Source: Desulfobacterales bacterium (lineage in GTDB: Bacteria > Desulfobacterota > Desulfobacteria > Desulfobacterales > SpSt-501). From it: 64,000 nucleotides of DNA. Numbering within the stretch: position 1 is the stretch's first letter; every line of letters begins with the position of its first letter. Made by a program: the position numbers and the translations under genes. The stretch lies in assembly GCA_037481615.1 (NCBI GenBank), contig JBBFLI010000023.1; one strand, written 5' to 3'. The notes under the pieces were generated by a model. That model saw only the letters and a program-made list of their open reading frames with translations, searched no databases and was not told the origin of the DNA. Of the stretch, positions 37,642 through 47,208 are shown in pieces.

Positions 37642-39024
37642 TCAGGCCATCTCGGTGACGAGCGGCGGTTTGGGAAGGCCGTGATCGCCGTAGGTCGGCT
37701 CCTCGAGCGCCTGCGGCCCCTTGCCGATCAACCGCAGGATGTAATAGCTGCCGGCGCCGAAGACGAAGGTGTAGACCCCGAGAAAGGCGATGAGCGAGAC
37801 GGCGATCGGGGCGGCCGTGACCGGCGAGGTGCTCTCCGCCGTGCGCAGCACCCCGTAGACGATCCAGGGCTGGCGACCCACCTCGGTCACGAACCAGCCG
37901 GCCAGCACGGCGAGGAATCCCGCGGGGGTGAGGGCCATGCACCAGAGCTGGAAGGCGCGCGAATCGAAGAGCCGGCGGCGGAAATGGAGCACCACCGCGG
38001 CCGCACCGGTGGCGATCATGAGCAGCCCGAGCCCCACCATGATGCGAAAGGGCCAGAAGACCCAGGCGACCGGGGGCCGCTCCTCGCGCGGCCAGGCCTT
38101 CAGGCCCTTCACCTCCCCGTTCCAGTCGTGGGTGAGGATGAGGCTCGAGAGCTTGGGGATCTCGAGGCTGTAGAGGGTCTGCTCGCGCGCCTCGTCGGGC
38201 CAGCCGAAGAGGACGAGCGGCGCCCCGCGCCGGGTTTCCCAGAGGCCCTCCATGGCGGAGACCTTGACCGGCTGGTGCTCGAGGGTGTTCAGGCCGTGGA
38301 GGTCGCCGAAGACGAGCTGCAGCGGGGCGACGAAGACGGCCATGATCATCGCCATGCCGAGCATCACCCGGGCGTGTTTCCCGTGGCGGCCGCGGTAGAG
38401 GTACCAGGCGCCGATGCCCGCGACGGTGAAGGCCGTCGTGAGATAGGCCGCGGTCACCATGTGCACGAAGCGGTAGGGGAAGGAGGGGTTGAAGATGACC
38501 GCCAGCCACGAGGTGGGATGCAGCAGCCCGTCCTCGCTCACACGGAAGCCCGTCGGCGTCTGCATCCAGCTGTTGGCCGAGAGGATCCAGAAGGCCGACA
38601 CCAGCGTGCCCGCGGCCACGATCACCGTCGAGGCGAAGTGCATCCCGCGGCTTACGCGGTTCCAGCCGAAGAGCATGATCCCGAGGAAGGAGGCCTCGAG
38701 GAAGAAGGCGGTCAGCACCTCGTAGCCGAGAAGGGGGCCGAGGACGTTTCCGCCGCGGTCGGCGAAGACCGACCAGTTGGTGCCGAACTGGAAGGAGAGA
38801 ACGACCCCGGAGACCACCCCCATGCCGAAGGTCACGGCGAAGATCTTGACCCACATGCGGTAGACTTCGGCGTAGACGGGGTTCCCGGTGCGCAGCCAGC
38901 GCCACTCGAGGACCGCCAGCCAGCTCGCCAGCCCGATCGTGAAGGCGGGGAAGACGATGTGAAAGGATACCGTGAAGGCGAACTGGATGCGGGCGAGGAG
39001 CAGGGCGTCGAAGGCCTCGAACAT
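37642..39024 (-). CDS. cydA: Cytochrome bd ubiquinol oxidase subunit I (short Q-loop, CioA type)
   Basis: LARIQFAFTVSFHIVFP, FQFGTNW, EVLTAFFLEA, NSWMQTP, GWFVTEVGRQPW. Confidence 0.95.
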   Translation of the reverse strand: MFEAFDALLLARIQFAFTVSFHIVFPAFTIGLASWLAVLEWRWLRTGNPVYAEVYRMWVKIFAVTFGMGVVSGVVLSFQFGTNWSVFADRGGNVLGPLLGYEVLTAFFLEASFLGIMLFGWNRVSRGMHFASTVIVAAGTLVSAFWILSANSWMQTPTGFRVSEDGLLHPTSWLAVIFNPSFPYRFVHMVTAAYLTTAFTVAGIGAWYLYRGRHGKHARVMLGMAMIMAVFVAPLQLVFGDLHGLNTLEHQPVKVSAMEGLWETRRGAPLVLFGWPDEAREQTLYSLEIPKLSSLILTHDWNGEVKGLKAWPREERPPVAWVFWPFRIMVGLGLLMIATGAAAVVLHFRRRLFDSRAFQLWCMALTPAGFLAVLAGWFVTEVGRQPWIVYGVLRTAESTSPVTAAPIAVSLIAFLGVYTFVFGAGSYYILRLIGKGPQALEEPTYGDHGLPKPPLVTEMA

Positions 39025-39134
39025 GGGTCACCTCGGGGAAGGAGACGTTTTGCGGGGGGGATGGCAACCGGTCCTCATGCGTGGTATGCAGCAATCCGCG
39101 GGAGGTGTCAAGCCGCCTGCCGGGGGAGGATGCC

Positions 39135-39323
39135 GTGAGCGAAACGTCCGGAAAGACTGTGTATGTCCGTGTCCGCGACGGGGCGGGAAACGAGTTCGTC
39201 TGCCCGATCGAGGCCCTGAAAGACATCCGCGAGGTCCCCGAGGAGATCCTCGACCGCTGCGTCGACGACGCGACCGTGGGCCGTTACGCGGGAAACCTCC
39301 GGATCGAGCCGGACGGGGCCTGA
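39135..39323 (+). CDS. Small hypothetical protein (62 aa, two Cys)
   Basis: SD ggagga plus GTG; YVRVRDGAGNEFVCPIEALKD..RCVDDATVGRYAGN; typical codon usage. Confidence 0.7.
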   Translation: MSETSGKTVYVRVRDGAGNEFVCPIEALKDIREVPEEILDRCVDDATVGRYAGNLRIEPDGA

Positions 39324-39354
39324 TTCCGCCCCGCGGGGGGCGGCGGGGGGCGCC

Positions 39355-40056
39355 TCACAGGAAGGTCCTGAGGGCCCCCATCCCGCCGTCCACGCGCAGG
39401 ATCTGCCCCGTGATCCAGCCCGCGGCCTCGGAGAGGAGAAAGACGGCGGCCTCGGCCACCTCGGCCGCGGAACCGATCCGCCGGAGGGGGTGCCGCTCGG
39501 CGGCGGCCTTGCGGCGCGCCCCGTCCTTGAGCAGGGGGGCGGCGAGCGGCGTATCCGTGAGCGAGGGGGCGACGGCGTTGACGCGGATCCGCGGGGCGAG
39601 CTCGGCGGCGAGCGCCCGGGTCAGCCCCTCGACGGCGCCCTTCGCGCCGGCGATCGAGGCGTGGAAGGGCATGCCGGTCCCCACGGCGACCGTGCTGAAG
39701 AGCACGACCGCCGCCCCGGCGCCGGAGGCCTTGAGCCGCGGCAGGGCGGCGCCGAGGACGCGGACCGCCCCGAGGTAGTTCACCTCGAGATCCTCGAGGA
39801 ACTCCTCGCGCGTGAGCCGCGCGAAGGGTTTGAGCCGGATCGTGCCCGGGCAGTAGACGAGCCCGGCGAGCGCCTCGGGGAGGTGCTCCGGCGGCAGATC
39901 CTCCCGGGTGACATCGAGGGCGATGTGCTCGCTGCCCTCCGGGCCGGGCCGCCGGCCGGCGGCGAGCACGCGGGTTCCGGCGCGTTGCAGCCGGATCGCG
40001 ATCTCGCGGCCGATGCCGGAGCTCGCCCCCACCACGAGAACCGTTCGTCCGTTCAT
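39355..40056 (-). CDS. Short-chain dehydrogenase/reductase
   Basis: VVGASSGIG, YCPGTI, HASIAGAKGAVEGL, RVNAVAPSLT, ITGQILRVDGG. Confidence 0.92.
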   Translation of the reverse strand: MNGRTVLVVGASSGIGREIAIRLQRAGTRVLAAGRRPGPEGSEHIALDVTREDLPPEHLPEALAGLVYCPGTIRLKPFARLTREEFLEDLEVNYLGAVRVLGAALPRLKASGAGAAVVLFSTVAVGTGMPFHASIAGAKGAVEGLTRALAAELAPRIRVNAVAPSLTDTPLAAPLLKDGARRKAAAERHPLRRIGSAAEVAEAAVFLLSEAAGWITGQILRVDGGMGALRTFL

Positions 40057-40068
40057 CGATCTCCTCCT

Positions 40069-41046
40069 TCAGCAGCGGTCTTTCATGGGGTGGAGCCAGC
40101 AGTAGGCGACCGCCTCCTCGAGCACGGCCGGAACCCCCTCCCGGACGGTGGGGAAGAGGGGCTCGACGCCAAAGAGCGCCCGGAACGTCCCGGCGACCAC
40201 CGGCAGGTTGAGGTTCCAGGCCCGCACCGCCCCCGCGGAGTAAAGCCCCGGCCGGCGGTGCAGCAGACGCAGCCCGTCGAGGAGGAGCGCTGCGGCGAGC
40301 GCCGCCCGCCGCGGGATGCGGGTCACGCGCAGCCGCGGGTAGCTCGCCCGGACGACCTCGAAGAAGCGGTTCCAGGAGCAGGATTCCTCGTCGGCCACGA
40401 CGAAGGCCCCCTCGAGCCCGCCTTCGGCCGCGGCCACGAGCGCGCGCGCCGCGTCGCGCACGTGCAGGTGGCCGTAACGGTTTTCGCCCCGGCCCGGAAA
40501 GAGCATCCAGCCCCGCCGGGCCTCCTCGAAAAAGAGGCTCCGCGCCCCGTAGGTGTGGGGCAGCCGCAGCGAGACGAAGCGCATGCCGGAGGCGCGCGCG
40601 CCCCGGGCGAGAAGGGTCTCGGCCTCGAGCTTCGCCCGGCCGTAGCCCAGCACCGGGGCGGCGGGGGTCTGCTGGTCGATCGGCTGCCCGCGGTCCGGGT
40701 AGACGAGGAGGCTTCCGCCGTAGACGAGGGTTTTTACGCCGGCCGCCGCGGCGGCGGAGAGCAGGTTGCGCGAGCCCTCGACGATCGAGGGGCGAACGAT
40801 GCGGTAGGCGACGAAAGAGGCGACCGCCCCGAGGTGGATGACCGTGTCGACGCCTGCGACGGCCGCCGGCAGACTGTCCGGGGCGAGGAGATCGCCGTTC
40901 ACCGTCTCGCCCGCAAGCCCGCGGAGCACCAGCCCGCGCAGCGGCCGCCGCACGAGCATGCGGGGGGCGATGCCGCGCTCGTTCAACAGGCGCGCCACCT
41001 CGTGGCCGATGAACCCCGTCGCCCCGGTGAGGAGCACGCGGCGCAC
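40069..41046 (-). CDS. NAD-dependent epimerase/dehydratase family protein
   Basis: VLLTGATGFIG, VIHLGA, YGRAKLEAE, LRLPHTYG; GTG start inferred. Confidence 0.85.
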   Translation of the reverse strand: MRRVLLTGATGFIGHEVARLLNERGIAPRMLVRRPLRGLVLRGLAGETVNGDLLAPDSLPAAVAGVDTVIHLGAVASFVAYRIVRPSIVEGSRNLLSAAAAAGVKTLVYGGSLLVYPDRGQPIDQQTPAAPVLGYGRAKLEAETLLARGARASGMRFVSLRLPHTYGARSLFFEEARRGWMLFPGRGENRYGHLHVRDAARALVAAAEGGLEGAFVVADEESCSWNRFFEVVRASYPRLRVTRIPRRAALAAALLLDGLRLLHRRPGLYSAGAVRAWNLNLPVVAGTFRALFGVEPLFPTVREGVPAVLEEAVAYCWLHPMKDRC

Positions 41047-41057
41047 GGCGCCCCGCC

Positions 41058-41993
41058 TCAGACCCGCCCCCCGCTCCAGCGCAGCTTGGCCTTGAGCACG
41101 TCGAAGTAATGGCGGCCGGGAAGCAGGATGAGCGGCAGGGGGTGATCGCTTTTCCTCACCGTGAGGACGTCCTGGTCGGTCAGTTCCAGGCCGCGCTGGC
41201 CGTCGAGGGTGAGCACGATGTCCTGCGAGCCCTTGTCCAGGCGCAGCGTGATCTCGACCTCCTCGGGGACGATCAGCGGCCGGTTGGTCAGGGTGAAGGG
41301 GCAGATCGGGGTGAGGATCAGCCCCGGCACCTTGGGGTGGATGACGGGCCCCCCGGCGGCGAGCGAATAGGCGGTCGAGCCCGTGGGGGTGGCGACGATC
41401 AGGCCGTCGGCGCGGAAGGTGGTCAGGTAATGGCCGTTCACGTGGGTCACGATGTTCGCCAGCCTGGCCAGCGCCCCACGGTGGATCACGACGTCGTTCA
41501 GCACCGTGTCGCGCAGGATCGTCCTTCCCCGACGGGCGACCTCGGCGTCGAGGCGCATGCGGCGGGCGACGTGGAAATCGCCCGCGAGCACGCGTTCGGC
41601 CGCCTCGAAGAGGTTCTCCTCGAGAATCTCGGCGAGGAAGCCCAGCTCCCCGAACTTGATGCCGAGCAGCGGGATCTCCCGGTCCCCCACCCAACGCACC
41701 GCGCTGAGGAAGGTGCCGTCGCCGCCCAGCACGAAGACGCAGAAGAGGTTCCGCGGCGGCGGCCGCTTCGCGGCGGACTCCCGCTGCGCCGGGGCGGCCG
41801 GGCTCGTCGTGCGCACGACCCCGACCCCGCGGGCCCGCAGCCACGCGGCGAGCTCGTCGGCCTTGGCCGCGGCGCGCGGGTCGCGTTTGACGTAGAGGGC
41901 GATCTTGCGCGGCGTCCGGGAAGCCGTTTTCGGCATGCGATCGGTCCTTTGCGGGGTCTTCAACGCGGCCGTCCCGCGGCCCGGGGCTTTCAT
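41058..41993 (-). CDS. nadK: NAD kinase
   Basis: [44 protein letters not shown]. The start is either 41993 (ATGA overlap) or 41936. Confidence 0.93.
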   Translation of the reverse strand: MKAPGRGTAALKTPQRTDRMPKTASRTPRKIALYVKRDPRAAAKADELAAWLRARGVGVVRTTSPAAPAQRESAAKRPPPRNLFCVFVLGGDGTFLSAVRWVGDREIPLLGIKFGELGFLAEILEENLFEAAERVLAGDFHVARRMRLDAEVARRGRTILRDTVLNDVVIHRGALARLANIVTHVNGHYLTTFRADGLIVATPTGSTAYSLAAGGPVIHPKVPGLILTPICPFTLTNRPLIVPEEVEITLRLDKGSQDIVLTLDGQRGLELTDQDVLTVRKSDHPLPLILLPGRHYFDVLKAKLRWSGGRV

Positions 41994-43192
41994 AGCGGTT
42001 CGGCCCCCGGGCCGCAAGGGGGGGAAGGCCCGCCGGCATCGGACCGCCGCACGGCCACGAAGACGACCGCGCGGCTTTCGCCTTCCGCGGCGGCCCACTC
42101 GGCGAGGGCGATCTCTCCCGCCTCCCCCCCGGCGGGGGGGGCGGGCAGCCGGACCCCCAGCCAGTTGAGCCGCAGCCGGAGCGGCCGCACGGAGAAGGCT
42201 TTCTCCGGCGCGGCGAGCAGGCGGGCGAGGCGCTCGAGAAAGGCCTCGCCGCCTGCGGCCGCCGCGGAAAGCTCCTCGATCTCGTGATCGATCGCGCTGA
42301 GCGCCTCCGGCGGCCTTTCGTCCGCCGCCGCGCCGCAGGCGGTGCAGGCGATCTTCCACTGCACGGCCAGCGTTTTCCGGTGCTCCCGGAGCGCCTCGCG
42401 GCGTCGCCGGCGGGTGAGGGTCTCCTCCACGAGCCGGCCGACGATTTCAACGATCAGACGCCGTGCGATCGCCCGCCGCAGCGACTCCTCGTCGGGTGAG
42501 GGTTCGAGGAGTCGCACATCCTCGAACTCGACGAGCCTTTGGGCCGAGTCGCGGCAGAGCACATCCCCCTCGAGGGCGGGCACGAAGACGGTTCGCTCGC
42601 TGCGCCGGGCCGTGAGGAGCGCGAAGGCGGTTTCGGCCCCGGAGCGCGCGAAGAAGGCGCGGAGCGCCGGGTCGGCGGCGAGGAAACGGCGGATCGCCTC
42701 GGGGGCGACGAAGAACGCACGCAGCAGAGGGTCTTCCCCCCAGCGCCCGGCCGCGAGCTCGACCGGTCCGGGGATCCGCGCGAGCGCACCCCGGAGATGC
42801 GCGGCCGCCCGTTCCAGGACGGCCCCGAGCCCGCGGCGGCAGTCCTGCGGTGAACAGGCGAGCGGGGCGCTCGCCACGGCGATCGCCTCGAGAGCCTCTT
42901 CGGTCGCGGCGGCGAGCCGCCGCCGGCGCCGGGCGGCCCGGCGCCGGCGGGCCAGCGCGAGCCTCAGCCCGCGGAAAGCGCGGCCGACGGCCGCCCGCGG
43001 GCCTCCGGCGGAGGGGGGGGCGCCGGTTTGCGCCGAATTGACTTTGATTTCCGCGTCGGATAGAGGATCCAAGCGTCTCCGCCCGTCCGGAAGCCTTCGG
43101 GCGCCGGAGGCGCGAAGCGCCCGCCTTCTTGCGCCGGCGAACAGAGGCGCCCGGTCAAGCGAGATCGTAGCATGGGGACCCGGCCCTGCCAA
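41990..43192 (-). CDS. Hypothetical protein (start uncertain)
   Basis: A long ORF in the same direction as nadK and coupled to it. The globular-looking core is [26 protein letters not shown]; the N-terminal part looks non-coding. Confidence 0.55.
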   Translation of the reverse strand: MAGPGPHATISLDRAPLFAGARRRALRASGARRLPDGRRRLDPLSDAEIKVNSAQTGAPPSAGGPRAAVGRAFRGLRLALARRRRAARRRRRLAAATEEALEAIAVASAPLACSPQDCRRGLGAVLERAAAHLRGALARIPGPVELAAGRWGEDPLLRAFFVAPEAIRRFLAADPALRAFFARSGAETAFALLTARRSERTVFVPALEGDVLCRDSAQRLVEFEDVRLLEPSPDEESLRRAIARRLIVEIVGRLVEETLTRRRRREALREHRKTLAVQWKIACTACGAAADERPPEALSAIDHEIEELSAAAAGGEAFLERLARLLAAPEKAFSVRPLRLRLNWLGVRLPAPPAGGEAGEIALAEWAAAEGESRAVVFVAVRRSDAGGPSPPCGPGAEPL

Positions 43193-43365
43193 CCGGGGGG
43201 CGCCGGGGCGGCCGGATTCGCCCCGGGGCCGCCCGCCGGGCAGTCTTCCGCCCCCCTTCCGGCCGCCGCGGAAGACTTGCGCCCGAGCCCGACGGCGCCT
43301 ATCCTGGTATTCGAAGATGTTCGGATTCCCGGCTTGCGGGCCGACCGGGGGGAAAGGAGCCGAAG

Positions 43366-43854
43366 ATGAAGGAGTCGATGCTCAACGACAAGCGGCTGCT
43401 CGCCGTGGACGACGAACCCGACGTGCTCGACTCTCTCGAGGAGATCGTCAAGGCCGAGGCGCCGCGTTGCACGGTTTGCAAGGCGCGTTCGTACGAGGAG
43501 GCGATGCGCTTTCTTGGGGAGGCGGACTTCGACCTCGTGGTCCTCGACATCATGGGGGTGCGCGGCTTCGAGCTGCTCGAGGAGGCTGTGCGGCGCGGGC
43601 TGCGCGTCGCCATGCTCACCGCGCACGCGCTCACCCCCGAGGCGCTCAAGCGCTCTTACGATCTGCGGGCGCGCGCTTTTCTGCCCAAGGAGAAGCTGGC
43701 CGACATCGTCCCCTTCCTCGAGGATGTCCTGAGCTGCGACTACGAGACCGGCTGGAAGCGCCTGATGCGCAAGCTGCACGGCTTCTTCAACGAGCGTTTC
43801 GTCTCCGACTGGGAAAAGAAGACGGGCCTCGACTGGAAGGAGTGGGCCAAGTGA
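43366..43854 (+). CDS. Single-domain response regulator with C-terminal extension
   Basis: LLAVDDEPD, VVLDIMG, MLTAHA, FLPKE; SD aaggag. Confidence 0.9.
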   Translation: MKESMLNDKRLLAVDDEPDVLDSLEEIVKAEAPRCTVCKARSYEEAMRFLGEADFDLVVLDIMGVRGFELLEEAVRRGLRVAMLTAHALTPEALKRSYDLRARAFLPKEKLADIVPFLEDVLSCDYETGWKRLMRKLHGFFNERFVSDWEKKTGLDWKEWAK

Positions 43855-43879
43855 TCCTTCCTGCCGGGGCCGGCCGGCT

Positions 43880-45181
43880 TCAGGGCATGAGCCAGTTCGG
43901 CAGGAAGGTGCAGATCGAGGGGAACAGAAAGAGGAGCACCCCGCAGAAGAGGATGCTCAAGAGGAAGGGGTAGACGCCGCGGTAGATCGTGCCGAAGGGG
44001 ACCTTGGTGATGTTCTTCACCACGAAGACGTTGATCGCCACGGGCGGGATCACGACGCCGATCATCACCGTGAGGGCGATGATCATCCCGAACCAGAGCG
44101 GGCTGAACCCGAGCTTCCCGATCACCGGGAAGAAGATGGGGGTGGCGAGCACCATGAAGGCGAGGTCGTCGATGAAGGAGCCGCCCAGGAGATAGATGAT
44201 CGAGATCATCACCATGATGGCGTAGCGGTTGTAGGGCAGCGAGACGACCCAGTCGGCGGTGATCATGGGGATCTTCGTCACCGCCAGAAAATGCCCCAGG
44301 ATGACCGAGCCGGCGATCAGCATGAGCACCATGCACGCCGTGCGCAGCGATTCGGCCACGGACTTCACGTATCCCCGGAAGTTCAGGTCCCCCTTCAGAA
44401 TGGACAGGACGAGGACCGCGAAGGTCCCGACACTTCCCGCCTCGGTGGGGGTGAAAAAGCCCTGCATCAGCCCCCCGATCACCAGGGCGAAGATGACGAG
44501 CACCCAGAGCACCTCGGGAAGGGTGGCCAGGCGCGTTTTCCAGCTCGACGCCCGCCCCCGGGGGCCCAGGGCCGGGTTGATCCGGCACCAGCCGTAGATG
44601 ATGCAGACGAAGAAGAAGGCCACCATCAGGCCCGGGATCAGCCCCGCGAGGAAGAGCTTGCCGATCGACTGCTCGGTGATGATGCCGAAGACGATGAGGG
44701 TGACGCTGGGGGGCATCAGGATGCCGAGGGTTCCCACCGTGGCCACGATCCCCGTGGAGAGCTTCTTGTCGTAGCCGTAGCTGTCCATTTCCGGGACGGC
44801 GATGCTCGCGAAGGTCGCGGCCGTCGCCGGCGAGGAGCCGCAGATCGCCTTGAAGGCCGTCGCCCCGGCCACGGTCGCCATGGCGAGCCCGCCCGGGATG
44901 TGCCCGACGAAGGCGTAGGCCGCGGCGTACATCCGCCGGGCGATGCCGGCGTTGAAGGCGATCTGGCCCATGAGGATGAAGAGCGGGATGACCGTGAAGC
45001 CGTAGGAGGACAGGACGTCGAAGACGTCCTTGGCGAGCAGGTTCAGCCCGGCCTTCCAGGAGACGATCGTGCTGAAGCCCACGAAACCGACGATCGCCAT
45101 GGCGAAGCCGAGCTCGATGCCGGTCAAAAAGAGCAGCAGCACGACGGCGAGGCCGGCGAGGCCGATCGAGACCTCACTCAT
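43880..45181 (-). CDS. dctM: TRAP transporter large permease
   Basis: IPLFILMG, GSSPATAATF, GTLGILMPPS, FTPTEAG, GVVIPPVAINVF. Confidence 0.93.
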   Translation of the reverse strand: MSEVSIGLAGLAVVLLLFLTGIELGFAMAIVGFVGFSTIVSWKAGLNLLAKDVFDVLSSYGFTVIPLFILMGQIAFNAGIARRMYAAAYAFVGHIPGGLAMATVAGATAFKAICGSSPATAATFASIAVPEMDSYGYDKKLSTGIVATVGTLGILMPPSVTLIVFGIITEQSIGKLFLAGLIPGLMVAFFFVCIIYGWCRINPALGPRGRASSWKTRLATLPEVLWVLVIFALVIGGLMQGFFTPTEAGSVGTFAVLVLSILKGDLNFRGYVKSVAESLRTACMVLMLIAGSVILGHFLAVTKIPMITADWVVSLPYNRYAIMVMISIIYLLGGSFIDDLAFMVLATPIFFPVIGKLGFSPLWFGMIIALTVMIGVVIPPVAINVFVVKNITKVPFGTIYRGVYPFLLSILFCGVLLFLFPSICTFLPNWLMP

Positions 45182-45656
45182 ATTGCCCCCGGAAGATCTT
45201 CGCGATGTCCGCGAGCAGCACCAGGCACTCCACGAAGCAGGCCGCGCCGACCCCGTAAGCCACGGGGTAGAAGGGCAGCTGCAGCGTGAGCGAGACTTCC
45301 CCCGAACGCTGCAGGTCCATCCCGAAGAGGAAGAGATTCCAGCCGATCACCGCGAACAGGGCGATGCCGAGCGCGCGCGTGGCGACGTGGACCGGCCGCC
45401 GCACCGCCGGCGGGAGCCTGCCGGTGAAGAAGTCGACGTAGATGTGCCCCCGCAGCCAGGAAGTGAGCGGCAGGGCGAAGCCGATGACCACGGCTCCCGA
45501 AAAGGCGACCAGCTCGTAGGTGCCGACGATCGGGCGCCGCAGCAGACGGAGCACGACGTCGAGCACCGTGAGGAGCATGATGAAGGTGATCGCGATCCCG
45601 GCGACGATGTTGAGCAGGCGGCTCAACCGCTCGACGAGGCGGAGGGTGCGTCCCAC
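45174..45656 (-). CDS. dctQ: TRAP transporter small permease
   Basis: Four hydrophobic segments; DVVLR..PIVGTYEL, GHIYVDF. Confidence 0.9.
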   Translation of the reverse strand: MGRTLRLVERLSRLLNIVAGIAITFIMLLTVLDVVLRLLRRPIVGTYELVAFSGAVVIGFALPLTSWLRGHIYVDFFTGRLPPAVRRPVHVATRALGIALFAVIGWNLFLFGMDLQRSGEVSLTLQLPFYPVAYGVGAACFVECLVLLADIAKIFRGQYE

Positions 45657-45693
45657 GCGTGCTCCTTGTCGCGAAAGAGGGGATGTCCAACGC

Positions 45694-45729
45694 CCGGGGG
45701 GAGGCCTTCGGCCCCGGCCTCCCCCCCGG
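45694..45729. other. Intergenic GC hairpin between dctP and dctQ (mRNA stabiliser or attenuator)
   Basis: ccggggggaggcc...ggcctcccccccgg inverted repeat. Confidence 0.55.
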
Positions 45730-45739
45730 CGGGGATCGG

Positions 45740-46765
45740 TTACGGCTGCTTTTTCACCTCGTCCAGGTAGAACCGCAGCGCTTCCTCGCCCGGCAGGTTC
45801 TTCGCCTTCATCCCGGCCACGTACTCATCGAGGATGGGGCGCACCGCCTGGGCCCATTTCGCGTCCTCCTCCTGGGAGAGGGCGATGATCTGGTTGCCGC
45901 GCGAGAGGGTGAACTGGCGGCCCTCCTTGTCGATCTCGTCCCAGAGCCGGCCCGTCTTCTCGATCCACTCGCGGTTGACCTCTTCGATCGTCTTCTGCAC
46001 CGACGGGGGCAGGGCGTTCCACTTGTCCTTGTTCATCACCACGAAGAAGCCCGTGCTGTAAGAGGAGCCGAAATTCTCGATCGTGTATTTCACCACCTCG
46101 CCCCACTTCCAGCCCTGGAGCGACTCCTGGGGGGCCATCGAGCCGTCGACGACCCCGCGGCTGAGCGCATCGTAGGTTTCGCCCATGGGCATGGCCACGG
46201 GAACGGCGCCGAGCGCGGAAACGATCTTCGCCGCCATGCCCGTGCAGCGGATTTTCATCCCCTTGAGGTCGGCGAGCGTGTTCACCGGCCTCTTGGTGTG
46301 CAGCAACCCCGGCCCGTGGCCGTGGAAATAGAGCACTTTCACCTCGTTGAACTCAGCGGGCTTGAATTTCTCGTAGTAGGCGTTGATCAGCCGGCTCGCC
46401 GTCAGCCCGGTCTTGATGCCGAGCGGCAGGTCGGTCACCTCGGTCAGCGGGAACTTCCCCCGCGTGTAGGCGAGCACCGAAAAACCGATGTCGGAGATGC
46501 CCTTCACGACGCCGTCGTAGCACTTGTCGGCGGGGGTGAGGGTTCCGCCGGGAAAGATCGTGATCTTGACCGCACCCTGGGTGCGTTTTTCGACCTCCTG
46601 GACCCACTCGTTCGCCAGCACGGTCATCTTGTGCGGGGCGGGAAAGAAGATGGAGTAGTTGAGCTTGACGGGGTCTGCCGCCTGTGCGGCGCGCGGCGGC
46701 GCGTACAGGAGCAGGGCGATTGCCAGAAAGAGGGGGACCCAAACGATCCGTTTTGCCGATTTCAT
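45740..46765 (-). CDS. dctP: TRAP substrate-binding protein
   Basis: Signal peptide; IFPGGTL, YTRGKFPL, DLKGMKIR, ETYDALSRGVVDG, VMNKDKWNALP. Confidence 0.93.
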   Translation of the reverse strand: MKSAKRIVWVPLFLAIALLLYAPPRAAQAADPVKLNYSIFFPAPHKMTVLANEWVQEVEKRTQGAVKITIFPGGTLTPADKCYDGVVKGISDIGFSVLAYTRGKFPLTEVTDLPLGIKTGLTASRLINAYYEKFKPAEFNEVKVLYFHGHGPGLLHTKRPVNTLADLKGMKIRCTGMAAKIVSALGAVPVAMPMGETYDALSRGVVDGSMAPQESLQGWKWGEVVKYTIENFGSSYSTGFFVVMNKDKWNALPPSVQKTIEEVNREWIEKTGRLWDEIDKEGRQFTLSRGNQIIALSQEEDAKWAQAVRPILDEYVAGMKAKNLPGEEALRFYLDEVKKQP

Positions 46766-47023
46766 GCGTTCCTCCCTTCGGCTGAGCGGGTTGAGGGAAA
46801 GCGATGGCGGTTGGCATCCACCGGGGGCTCGCGCAAAGAGGGCCGGCGCGGCCCTCCCGGCCGAGCCGGCGAATCCGATCCAGGGCCTGCGGGGCCTGGC
46901 GGCGGGAAGCCGCTCACGGCCCGCTTGCCCACCGGACGGGATCTTTCTCGTCGATCCACCACGGAACGCCGGGCAGAAACGGAAATGACGACGGCTTCCT
47001 TCTTAGAGCATTCGGGGCGTCGC

Positions 47024-47058
47024 TGTCAATTGCAATGTGATTGCAATATAGCTGCAAT
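47024..47058 (-). promoter_or_regulatory. -35 box of the dctP operon with three phased TGCAAT sites
   Basis: Minus-strand TTGACA at 47024-47029; ATTGCAAT 47029-47036, ATTGCAAT 47040-47047, GCTGCAAT 47051-47058 (11-bp period). Confidence 0.6.
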
Positions 47059-47208
47059 GGAGCTGCACGAAGGCGCCTTCGGCCGCCTCTTTCGCCAAGG
47101 GCGAGACCGCGGTTGCATCCCGCCGCCCGCCGGTGTTAGAGAGGTGGCCCCGCCCCGGCGAAACGGTCCGGGACGCCGCCGCCCGGCCTGGAGGAGGATT
47201 CCTTTCCG

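Noticed and set aside
46766-47000. Long GC-rich leader of dctP as a riboswitch
   Set aside because: No recognisable aptamer consensus; the hairpins are explainable by GC content.
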